64,000 nucleotides of DNA, taken from assembly GCA_963707915.1 (NCBI GenBank), contig OY970178.1:2912001-2976000 (forward strand). The letters are read 5' to 3'. The translations under genes were made by a program, and so were the position numbers. Source of the stretch: Candidatus Eiseniibacteriota bacterium (GTDB taxonomy: Bacteria > Eisenbacteria > RBG-16-71-46). The notes under the pieces were generated by a model, which saw nothing but the letters and a program-made list of their open reading frames with translations, made no database searches and was not told where the DNA came from. Below, piece by piece: positions 37,056-48,470 of the stretch. The first letter of the stretch is position 1; every line of letters starts with the position of its first letter.

Positions 37056-38153
37056 ATGACTCGAACTGGTCGCGATCACCGCATCCCCGTCCTCGTCCTC
37101 CTGGCGCTGGCCCTCATGGCCGGCGCCGGGAGCGTGTCCGCCGCCCACGCCCAGTCGGGCGAGACTCCGCAGCAGTTCTGGCATATCCCGGTCTGGGCCA
37201 TGCCGGGGGCGTGGCAGGACAACACGGCCCGCGACTCCACCCGCTGCGTCGGGAGGGTGGAGCCCCGGCTGGACAGCCTGACTCAGAGGTCACGAACCAT
37301 CACGGTGCGCTTCCTGCGCAGCCGGCGGGTCGAGGCGCGGGCCGACTTCGGGGGGTACCGGATCTACCGCTGCACCAACACGCGGGACACCACCACCGCG
37401 ATGCTGCTGCGACGCTACTCGGTGAACGACTTCGACGAGCCGTTGTGGCACTTCTCGCGCGTGGACACGACGGTCGCCGACAGCCTCCCGTTCCGGTGCG
37501 GCTCGGCGCCGGCCTACTACGACAGCGTCCTGACGTTCGTGGACCCGGATTCCAGCGGGGCCCTGGTCAAGGTGTGTCGCTACGCGACCCCGGGCGAATG
37601 CATCGCCAAGCGTGACTCGGTCTGGGCGCTGATGACGGTGCCGGGCCCGCACGACGGCTTCCGTACCTGGTACTCGGTCACCTACGAGGCCAGGAACACG
37701 ATCGACAACACCTACGAGGACATGTTCGTCCCGGACACGGGCGACGACTACGCCCGCTGCGGCCAGTACGGGGACCCGCGGACCTGCCCGAACCTGAACA
37801 ACAAGCTCGCGAACATGATGGCCGAGGCCGACTACGTCGAGCCGACCAAGGGGCCCACCCAGAACCTGCAGGCCGTGACGGTGGTGCCCAACCCGTTCCG
37901 GGGCCGGGAATCGTGGGACCGACCGGACGGCAACGAGGTGCACTTCAACAACCTTCCGTCCAAGGCGAGGATCCGGGTCTACACGGTCGCCGGGGACCTC
38001 GTCCGCGATCTGAACCACGACGATCCGGTGCGTGACTTCGAGCGCTGGGATCTCAAGAACGCGAATGGCCGGGACGTCGTCTCGGGGATCTACATGTACC
38101 GGGTCGAGTCGGGCAGCTTCTTCGCCCAGGGTCGTTTCACCGTCATTCGCTAG
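37056..38153 (+). CDS. Secreted Cys-containing protein with C-terminal CTD-like domain
   Basis: Signal peptide ending AHA; DFGGYRIYR; VVPNPF, FNNLP, IRVYTVAGDLV, WDLKNANG..VSGIY, FTVIR. Confidence 0.75.
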   Translation: MTRTGRDHRIPVLVLLALALMAGAGSVSAAHAQSGETPQQFWHIPVWAMPGAWQDNTARDSTRCVGRVEPRLDSLTQRSRTITVRFLRSRRVEARADFGGYRIYRCTNTRDTTTAMLLRRYSVNDFDEPLWHFSRVDTTVADSLPFRCGSAPAYYDSVLTFVDPDSSGALVKVCRYATPGECIAKRDSVWALMTVPGPHDGFRTWYSVTYEARNTIDNTYEDMFVPDTGDDYARCGQYGDPRTCPNLNNKLANMMAEADYVEPTKGPTQNLQAVTVVPNPFRGRESWDRPDGNEVHFNNLPSKARIRVYTVAGDLVRDLNHDDPVRDFERWDLKNANGRDVVSGIYMYRVESGSFFAQGRFTVIR

Positions 38154-38352
38154 GCTTCAGCGGGCCGGCGAGGCCCTGGAACGGACGGCGCGGCCGCGGG
38201 TTGGCGAAGAGCTCCCGCGGCCGCGGTCTTCCTCCCCCCCGGGGCCCGCGACGCCGGCGTGCGGCGGCGCGGGGTTCCACGGCATGGGGGCGGACAGGCT
38301 ACAATGGACGCACCGGCGCGTGGTCCAGGAGCCGGTGGAGGTTGAAGGCGCG

Positions 38353-40203
38353 ATGGTCCAGAGAATGACGGCCGCGCTGCGCGGGGTCCCGGGCGTCGCC
38401 GCGCTGCTGCTGGTCTCCTGCCTGGCCGGCCCGGCTGCGGCCGTGGCGCTCCAGGGCGAGCCGGCCTCGAAGCTCGATCCACGCCTGTGGTCCGCGCTGT
38501 CGGCCGGCGAGGCCGAGCCGGTGAGCGCGTGGGTCACCTTCGGGGACAAGGGCGAGACCGGTCCCGGCGACCTCGTCCGGCGACTCGCCGAGGCCGGGGC
38601 CGCGCTCGAACCGCGCGCGCGCGCGCGCCGCGAACGGGCCGGGGTCACGCCGCTGGTGGACTACCTCGACCTGCCCGTGCACGCGCCCTACGTCGCTGCG
38701 GTCCGGGCGCTGGGACTCGCGCCCTACGGGACCTCGCGCTGGTTCAACCGCGTGGCGGTGCGGGCCGACGGCGCCCAGCTGGCGGCCCTGGCTGGGCTGC
38801 CCTGCGTCGCGGCGCTGACTCCGGTGGACCGGGCGATGCCGATGCGGGACGTGCCCGCCGGCCCGGGCCCGGGAGCGCGCGGAGCGGCGCCGGCCTCGGT
38901 GCGGGCGGCCACGGCGCTCGACTACGGGCTCGCCGCCCCGCAACTCGCGCAGATCGGCGTGCCCGCGCTGCACGACTCGGGCTACACCGGCGCCGGTGTG
39001 CTGGTCTGCGTGCTCGACGAAGGCTTCAACCACTACCGCACGCACCCCGCCCTCCGGGACGCCGAGGTCCTGGCGACGCGCGACTTCGTGCGGGGCGTGG
39101 AGGATCCGACCGACCCCGCGCACGACAGCTGGTTCTCCCACGGGACCCACACGCTGAGCTGCATCGCCGGCGACCAGCCGGGCCGCTACCTCGGCGCCGC
39201 GCCGGGCGCGGCGTTCATGCTCGGGCGCACCGAATACCACCCCACCGAGACGCCGGTCGAGATGGTCTACTGGGGCATGGGCGCGGAGTGGGCCGACAGC
39301 GCGGGCGCCGACATCATCAGCTCGTCCCTCGGGTACGGCCCGTTCGACTACCCGGAGACCTCCTACACCTACGCCTCGATGGACGGCCACACCACCGTCG
39401 TCAGCCGGGCGGCGGAGATCGCCGCCAGCAAGGGCATCCTGGTCGTGAACTCGGCGGGCAACTACGGCAACCAGGCCTGGCACTACATCCTCGCGCCGGC
39501 CGACGTGGACGGCGACAGCCTGATCGCCGCGGGCGCCGTGGACGCGAACGGCACGCCCGCCGGCTTCAGCTCGTACGGTCCCAGCGCCGACGGGCGGGTG
39601 AAGCCCGACCTCGCAGCGCTCGGCGTGGCCGCGTGGGTCGCGATGGCCGCCGACACGGGCTACGTGCAGCAGAGCGGCACCTCGTTCTCCTGTCCGCTCC
39701 TCGCCGGGCTCGCCGCCTGCCTGATGCAGGCGCGACCCGGCTGGCCACCGAGGCTCATCATCCGCGGCCTGCGGCTCACCGCCTCGCAGGCCCTGGAGCC
39801 CGACGATCGCGTGGGCTACGGCATCCCCGACGGGGCCGCCGCGCTGCGCTGGATCCCGGACACCGCCTCGGTTCCCGGTCCGCCGCCCTTCACGCTGGGA
39901 TTGCGCCTCACCGGGGCGAATCCCATCACCCCCCGCGCACCCGTGACCCGCGTGGACTTCGGTGTGGGGGCCGGGGTGGGCGAGCCGCGGTTGCGCGTCT
40001 ACGACGCCCAGGGCCGCCTGGTTGTGCGGGACCTCGAGAGCAAGCGCAATCCCCAGGTCGCCGGGAACGGGCTCGCGCGGACCGCGACCTGGGACGGCCG
40101 CGACAGCGACGGCAGGCGGTTGCGGAGCGGGATCTACTTCATCACGCTCGAAGCCGGCGGCCGGCGCGCCGCGCTCCGCGTGATCTCCCTGCTTTCGCGT
40201 TGA
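38353..40203 (+). CDS. Secreted subtilisin-like (S8) serine protease with FlgD/CTD-like domain
   Basis: Signal peptide; triad VLDEG, SHGT, GTSFSCP; NSAGN, FSSYGP, KPDL; CTD WDGRDSDG..SGIYF. Confidence 0.9.
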   Translation: MVQRMTAALRGVPGVAALLLVSCLAGPAAAVALQGEPASKLDPRLWSALSAGEAEPVSAWVTFGDKGETGPGDLVRRLAEAGAALEPRARARRERAGVTPLVDYLDLPVHAPYVAAVRALGLAPYGTSRWFNRVAVRADGAQLAALAGLPCVAALTPVDRAMPMRDVPAGPGPGARGAAPASVRAATALDYGLAAPQLAQIGVPALHDSGYTGAGVLVCVLDEGFNHYRTHPALRDAEVLATRDFVRGVEDPTDPAHDSWFSHGTHTLSCIAGDQPGRYLGAAPGAAFMLGRTEYHPTETPVEMVYWGMGAEWADSAGADIISSSLGYGPFDYPETSYTYASMDGHTTVVSRAAEIAASKGILVVNSAGNYGNQAWHYILAPADVDGDSLIAAGAVDANGTPAGFSSYGPSADGRVKPDLAALGVAAWVAMAADTGYVQQSGTSFSCPLLAGLAACLMQARPGWPPRLIIRGLRLTASQALEPDDRVGYGIPDGAAALRWIPDTASVPGPPPFTLGLRLTGANPITPRAPVTRVDFGVGAGVGEPRLRVYDAQGRLVVRDLESKRNPQVAGNGLARTATWDGRDSDGRRLRSGIYFITLEAGGRRAALRVISLLSR

Positions 40204-40259
40204 CCCGCACTCGGTCTCCTCTTCCCATGTTCCGACTCCAGACGAAAGGACCCCTGCGC

Positions 40260-41693
40260 ATGAAGACACCAGGACTGTTCCTGCTCCTCGCGACCGTGGC
40301 GGCGCTCGCGCCCGCGTCCCGGGCGCCAGCTGCGGCGCCGGTGCCGGCGCCCGTGGTCCCCGCGGTCGCCCCGGCCACCGACGTCCGGCTGGTGACGCTC
40401 AAGAACGGCTTGCGGCTCCTGCTGGCGCCCGACTCGACGTCGGTCGCGGTGGACGTGGCCGTCTGGTACCGGGCCGGCGCGGTGCACGAGCGTGCGGGCA
40501 TCAGCGGCATCTCCCGGCTGTTCGAGCGGCTCCTGTTCGCCGGCTCGGGGAGCTTCGGTCCGCAGGAGCACGCCCGCCTGGTGCAGGCCGAGGGCGGCTC
40601 GGTCGGCGCGTACACCACGTCCGACTACGCGTGCACCTACCAGACCATCCCGTCCGGCGCGCTCGAGCTGGTCCTGAAGCTCGAGGCGGACCGCATCGGC
40701 TCGCTCAAGCTGACGGACGCGGCGGTGGAAGCCGCGAAGCGCACGACCCGCGCGGAGAAGCGCCAGCGGGACGAGGCGTCGCTGATCGGCGGGGCGTTCG
40801 AGGGGCTCGGGCGGCTCGCGTGGCCGGGGCACCCCTACCGCTGGCCCGTCATGGGGCTCGACGAAGACCTCGTGCGCATCAGCCTGGCGGACTGCCAGGC
40901 CTACTACCTGGAGCATTTCGCGCCCAACAACGCCACCGTGACCATCGTCGGCCGGTTCGACCCGGACCAGGCGCTGCTCGCGGCGAAGCGCTGGCTCGAG
41001 CCGGTCAAGCGCCGTCGCCTCGCGGGCGATGCCGCGCGGCCCGAGCCGGCGCAGACGACCGCGCGCCGGGCGTTCGAGCGCATGGACGTGCCGCTCGGCC
41101 TGGTGCTCGTCGGGTGGCGGGCCCCGGGTCACGGGGACCCGGACAGCCCTGCCCTCGGCCTGCTCTCCCGCATCCTCACCCGGGGGCCGGCCTCGCGGCT
41201 GCAGCGCGCCCTGAAGGCCGAGCCGCTGCGGTGCGTCCTGGTCCAGGGGGTCCTGGACGACCGGCGTGACGACGCCCTGCTCTGTGCCGTCGCCGTCACC
41301 AGGCCGGGCGCCGACAGCGCAACGGTCGAGCGCGTGCTGGTCGAGGAGGTCGAGAAGCTCGGCCGGGAGCCGGTCGGGGAGGAGGAGCTGGAACGTGCCC
41401 GGCGGCAGGAGGAGATCGCCACCCTGCTCGCGTGGCAGACGGTCCGCGGCCGCGCCGACGCGCTGGGCTCGGCCCAGATGCTCCAGGGCGACTGGCGCGC
41501 CGCCGCGCTCCGTCTCGACCGCGTGCTCCGGCTCACGCCGGCCGACCTGCAGCGCGCCGCGGCGCGCGTGCTCGTCCCCGGCGGGCGCGACGTGCTGTGG
41601 GTCGCGCCCGTGAACCCGGCGGCGGTGGCTCCGGCGGGCTCCGTTGGCGGAGCGCCCGGTTCCGGTGCGCCGCCTGCCGAGGGAGGACGATGA
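40260..41693 (+). CDS. M16 (pitrilysin/insulinase) peptidase homologue with HxxEH replaced by RLFER
   Basis: Signal peptide; LKNGLR, WYRAGAVHE..G.SG, AYTT.DY, LEADR, HPYRWPVMG, PNNATV.IVG. Confidence 0.85.
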   Translation: MKTPGLFLLLATVAALAPASRAPAAAPVPAPVVPAVAPATDVRLVTLKNGLRLLLAPDSTSVAVDVAVWYRAGAVHERAGISGISRLFERLLFAGSGSFGPQEHARLVQAEGGSVGAYTTSDYACTYQTIPSGALELVLKLEADRIGSLKLTDAAVEAAKRTTRAEKRQRDEASLIGGAFEGLGRLAWPGHPYRWPVMGLDEDLVRISLADCQAYYLEHFAPNNATVTIVGRFDPDQALLAAKRWLEPVKRRRLAGDAARPEPAQTTARRAFERMDVPLGLVLVGWRAPGHGDPDSPALGLLSRILTRGPASRLQRALKAEPLRCVLVQGVLDDRRDDALLCAVAVTRPGADSATVERVLVEEVEKLGREPVGEEELERARRQEEIATLLAWQTVRGRADALGSAQMLQGDWRAAALRLDRVLRLTPADLQRAAARVLVPGGRDVLWVAPVNPAAVAPAGSVGGAPGSGAPPAEGGR

Positions 41694-43873
41694 CCATGAC
41701 CACGCTCACCAGAACGCTCGCCCGCAGCCTTGCGGCGGCCCTCGTTTCCCTGCTGTCGGCGGGATCCGCCGGGGCCTTCGCCGCCGAGACCAACGCCTTC
41801 GTTCCGCCGGCCCCGATCGTGCGCACGATGCCGAACGGGCTCCGGGTGGCCGTCTTCCGGGACGGCCGTCTTCCCCTGGTCCAGATGCAACTGCTCCTGC
41901 CCGCCGGTGGGGCCCAGGACCCGGCGGAGGCGCCCGGCGTGGCCAACGCCACGGCCCTGCTCCTGCGCTCCGGCACCAGTTCGCGCACGGCAGAGGGCTT
42001 CATGGCCGACGTGGACTTCCTCGGCGGAAGCATCAGCGGTGCCGCGACGCGGGACTACTCCGACGTGAGCGGGACGTTCCTCTCGGCCGACTTCGAGGCG
42101 GGACTGGAGTTGTTCGCGGACGTCGTCGTGAATCCCATCTTCCCGCCCGAGGAAGTGGAACGCTTCCGGACCCAGGCCGCCGAGCAGCTGGTGCCCCTGC
42201 ATCGGAACCCCGTCGGCGAGGCGGAGGACCAGCTCTGGGCCCTGGCCTTCCCGGGGCATCCGTACGGGCGGAGCCCGGTGGGCACGCTCGAGTCGCTGTC
42301 ACGCCTGGACCGCGAGGCGGTGAGGGCGTTCCACCGCGACTACTACCGGCCCGACCGGGCGGTCCTCGCGATCGCGGGGGACGTGGACCCCGAACGCGCC
42401 TTTGCCGCGGTGAACGACCGCTTCGGCAGCTGGGCGGGCCGGTCGGCAAGGACGATCCGCCCGCCCCTGCCCACGGCGCCGGCCGCGATGCGGATCCAGA
42501 TCGTGGACCGCCCGGGCCTGGCCCGCAGCGAAGTCCGCGTCGGACTGGTCTGCCCGCCGCGCACCGACCCCGACGCCCTGCCGCTGCAGGCGGCGAGCTA
42601 CATCCTCGTCGGCGGGCCCGTGTCGAGGTTCGCCCGGTCCCAGCGCGCGGAGGGCGGACTGCCCTTCGAAGTGGCCGGCAGCCAGACCGTCCTGCGCGAC
42701 GCCGGCCTGGTGAGTCTCGGGGGCGCGGTCCGCAACGATTCCGCCGCCGCCCTGGTCACCCGCGTTCGCGACGAGCTCGCCCGCCTGCGCACGCAGCCTC
42801 CGGACGAGGCGGAAGTGGCGGCCGCGCGGCGCAGCTTCGTGAACACCTACCCGCTCCAGTTCCAGACGCCGGGGGCGCTCGCGGCGCAGTGGCTGGGAGC
42901 GGACTTCTATGGCCTCACCGCGGACTGGCTCGACCACTACGTCGCGAGCGTCGGTGCCGTGACCGCCGGCGGGGTGGACTCCGCCGCCTCGCGCTGGCTG
43001 GATCCCTCGCGCTGCGTGGTGGTCGTGGTCGGCCCCGCGGACGAGCTGAAGGGGCAACTCGAGGTCCTCGGCCCGGTGGAGGTCGCCGGCGCCGCGGGAG
43101 ATGTCGCCAGCCGGGCCCCGGTCGCGCCGGCGCAGGCCACTGCCGAACAGAAGAAGCGCGGACGCGAGTTGCTGGCCCAGGCACTGGTTGCACACGGCGG
43201 CCTGGAGCGGCTGCGCAAGGTGACGGACACGACGGTGGAGGGCGACATGGTCCTCCAGGTGGAAGGCCGGAGCCTCACGATCCTGGTGCGCCAGGTCCGC
43301 AAGGAGCCCTTCCGCATGAGGTACAGCACGCGCATCTCGAGCATGGAGAACGGCCAGATCCTCAACGGCGCGCGGGGCTGGCTCTACTCGAGCCTCGACT
43401 CGGTGCGGGTGACGAGCCTGGACAGCACGGGTGTCGAAGCGCTGCGGTCGGTCTTCCGCTCGGATATCGTGCATTCGCTGCTGGCCGCCGCCGGGCCGAC
43501 CGTCGAGGTCGCCTGGCTCGGGACGGGCCGTGCCGACGGACGCACGGCCGAGGTGATCGAGGTGACCTCCCCGGCGCCTCTGGGCGGGGGGCGCCGGGAG
43601 CAGCGGCTCCTCTACCTGGACGCCACGGACCACCGGCTGATCGCCGAGGACCTGGGTGACGCCGCGGCGCGGGCGAGCGCCATGGCGGTGCGCCGCGTCT
43701 ACCGCGACTACCGTCCCGTGGCGGGCGTGTCGTGGCCGTACCACGAGGAGCGCATGCTCGGCGGCACGAAGACCATGACCCTCAGCCTGGAGAGCGTGAC
43801 CATCAACACCGGCGTGAGCGACGCGACGTTCGAGCCGCCCAAGCCGGCGCCGAAGGGCGTGCCGCTCCACTAG
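41690..43873 (+). CDS. Non-catalytic M16 subunit fused to a C-terminal LolA-like beta domain
   Basis: GGAGG RBS with ATGA overlap; signal peptide; PNGLRV, GVANATA.LLRSGT, HPYGR, YYRP; C-terminal AHGG..RL, YLDATDHRL, YRDYR.V.GV.WP, INTGVSDATF. Confidence 0.8.
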   Translation: MTMTTLTRTLARSLAAALVSLLSAGSAGAFAAETNAFVPPAPIVRTMPNGLRVAVFRDGRLPLVQMQLLLPAGGAQDPAEAPGVANATALLLRSGTSSRTAEGFMADVDFLGGSISGAATRDYSDVSGTFLSADFEAGLELFADVVVNPIFPPEEVERFRTQAAEQLVPLHRNPVGEAEDQLWALAFPGHPYGRSPVGTLESLSRLDREAVRAFHRDYYRPDRAVLAIAGDVDPERAFAAVNDRFGSWAGRSARTIRPPLPTAPAAMRIQIVDRPGLARSEVRVGLVCPPRTDPDALPLQAASYILVGGPVSRFARSQRAEGGLPFEVAGSQTVLRDAGLVSLGGAVRNDSAAALVTRVRDELARLRTQPPDEAEVAAARRSFVNTYPLQFQTPGALAAQWLGADFYGLTADWLDHYVASVGAVTAGGVDSAASRWLDPSRCVVVVVGPADELKGQLEVLGPVEVAGAAGDVASRAPVAPAQATAEQKKRGRELLAQALVAHGGLERLRKVTDTTVEGDMVLQVEGRSLTILVRQVRKEPFRMRYSTRISSMENGQILNGARGWLYSSLDSVRVTSLDSTGVEALRSVFRSDIVHSLLAAAGPTVEVAWLGTGRADGRTAEVIEVTSPAPLGGGRREQRLLYLDATDHRLIAEDLGDAAARASAMAVRRVYRDYRPVAGVSWPYHEERMLGGTKTMTLSLESVTINTGVSDATFEPPKPAPKGVPLH

Positions 43874-43921
43874 CGGGAAGGCGTCTCCGGGCGCTGCGGG
43901 GCGCGTCGAACCCGGGGTGCG

Positions 43922-43953
43922 GGGGCCCGGCCGTGGATCGGCCGGGCCTCTTT
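43922..43953 (+). terminator. Intrinsic terminator
   Basis: GGCCCGGCCG...CGGCCGGGCC stem followed by TCTTT. Confidence 0.6.
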
Positions 43954-43989
43954 GTGCCCCGCGCGGAACCCGGCTATCCTACACGCCAT

Positions 43990-46878
<2,889 letters not shown>

Positions 46879-47012
46879 AGCGAAGCACGGAACGGCGGCG
46901 GGGGCCGGGGCGCGAGCTCCGGCCCCCGGTTGCTGCGCCCGGCGTCCGGCCCTTATCCTGCCGCGGTGTCGACCTCTCCGGCTCCAGGCCGGAGCGACCC
47001 TGCGGAGGCCCC

Positions 47013-47927
47013 GTGTACGTCGAGGAGTACCTGCAGGATCTGCGCCGGGACCGCTTCGCGCCGGGCGCCATCGCGCGCTACGTGCGGCGGGCCTTCGCGC
47101 GGGCGCGCGAGAGCATGATCGCCAACCCCGGGGCGGCCCGCTCGATCTGGAGCGTGGGGCTGGTCTTCTTCGCCCTGTGTTTCGTGGGATCGGCGGCCAT
47201 CGCCCTGTGGGACGAGCGGCGCCTCGCCCTCGACTTCTTCCTCTGGACCACGCTGGCGATGCTGCCCGTCCTGGCGATCGTCACGCTGCACCTCGACCTG
47301 CTGCGCGACCGCGAAGGCTTCCGGCTCTCGGCCGTGAACCTCCCGACCGCCATCACGCTGCTGCGCTTCTGCCTCGCGCCGGGCGTCGCGATCTGTCTCG
47401 GCCGGCAGCACTACGCGCTGGCCCTGGGCCTCTACCTTGCCGCCGAGCTGTCCGACGTCGCCGACGGCTGGCTCGCGCGGCGGCTCAAGCAGATCACCCG
47501 GCTCGGCACGGTGCTCGACCCGATCGTGGACATCCTGTTCAACGTCATCGTCTTCAGCGGCCTCTACCTGGGCCGCGTCATCCCGGCCTGGGTGCTGGGC
47601 GTGGCGCTGCTGCGCTACGCGATCTTCCTGCTCGGCGGGGCGTGCCTGTACCTGTTCGTCGGTCCGGTGACCATCCGGCCCACGCTGTTCGGGCGGCTGA
47701 GCGGCGTGGTGATGGTGGGGTTCACCGCCTTCCTGCTGCTGCTCCACGTGGTGCGCGCGCAGTGGCTGGACCGCCTCGCCGCGCTCACCACCCTGGCGCT
47801 GGGGGCGCTGCTGGTGGCGGCGGTGGGGCAGGTGGTGGCGCTCGGCTGGTACAACCTGCGGCTGCTGAAGGGCCAGGCCGCGGCGCAGGGCAGCGTGGTG
47901 GGCGACGTGCGCTGGGGGAAGCGTTGA
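47013..47927 (+). CDS. CDP-alcohol phosphatidyltransferase with N-terminal extension
   Basis: GGAGG before GTG; NLPTAITLLR, SDVADGWLARR..QITRLGTVLDPIVD; many TM segments. Confidence 0.82.
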   Translation: MYVEEYLQDLRRDRFAPGAIARYVRRAFARARESMIANPGAARSIWSVGLVFFALCFVGSAAIALWDERRLALDFFLWTTLAMLPVLAIVTLHLDLLRDREGFRLSAVNLPTAITLLRFCLAPGVAICLGRQHYALALGLYLAAELSDVADGWLARRLKQITRLGTVLDPIVDILFNVIVFSGLYLGRVIPAWVLGVALLRYAIFLLGGACLYLFVGPVTIRPTLFGRLSGVVMVGFTAFLLLLHVVRAQWLDRLAALTTLALGALLVAAVGQVVALGWYNLRLLKGQAAAQGSVVGDVRWGKR

Positions 47928-48454
47928 GCCAGGCCGTGCTCAAGGGCGACCTGGGCCGGTTCCAGCCGGCCGAGGTCCTCCAGTTCCTGCAGCTCGCGCA
48001 GGTCACCGGGCGGCTGGAGCTCTCGCGCCTCGCGGCCGGCCCGGGGGCGGTGCCGGGCGCCGAGGAGAGCGTGGACGTGTTCTTCGTCCAGGGCCGTCCG
48101 GTGTTCGCCCGCACCAGCGGGCAGTCGGTGAGGACCGGCGAGATCCTGGTCCATCGCGGCCACGCCACGCACGGGGCGGTGGTCGGCGCGCTCGAGGCTC
48201 AGCGCCGCGGGGCCCGGGGCCGCATCGGCGAGGTGCTGGCGGAGCGCGGGTCGGTCGCGCCCGCGCTGGTGGTGCAGGCCGTGCACGAGTGCGTGCGGCG
48301 CATCCTCTACGGCATGCTCCTGTGGCGCGAGGGGCGCTTCCGCTTCTACGCCGACGAGCGCGCCGACGACGACCTGCCGCTCGACCTCGACCTCGACCGG
48401 CTGATCCTCGAGGGCCTGCGGCTCGCCGACCAGGCGCGCGCCGAATCCCGCTAG
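47924..48454 (+). CDS. DUF4388 (PatA N-terminal-like) domain protein
   Basis: TTG overlaps the previous stop; LKGDL..F...EVLQFL....TGRL, RIGEVL, WREGRFRF, LILEGLRLAD. Confidence 0.75.
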   Translation: MSQAVLKGDLGRFQPAEVLQFLQLAQVTGRLELSRLAAGPGAVPGAEESVDVFFVQGRPVFARTSGQSVRTGEILVHRGHATHGAVVGALEAQRRGARGRIGEVLAERGSVAPALVVQAVHECVRRILYGMLLWREGRFRFYADERADDDLPLDLDLDRLILEGLRLADQARAESR

Positions 48455-48470
48455 CTCCCGACCGGACCCC

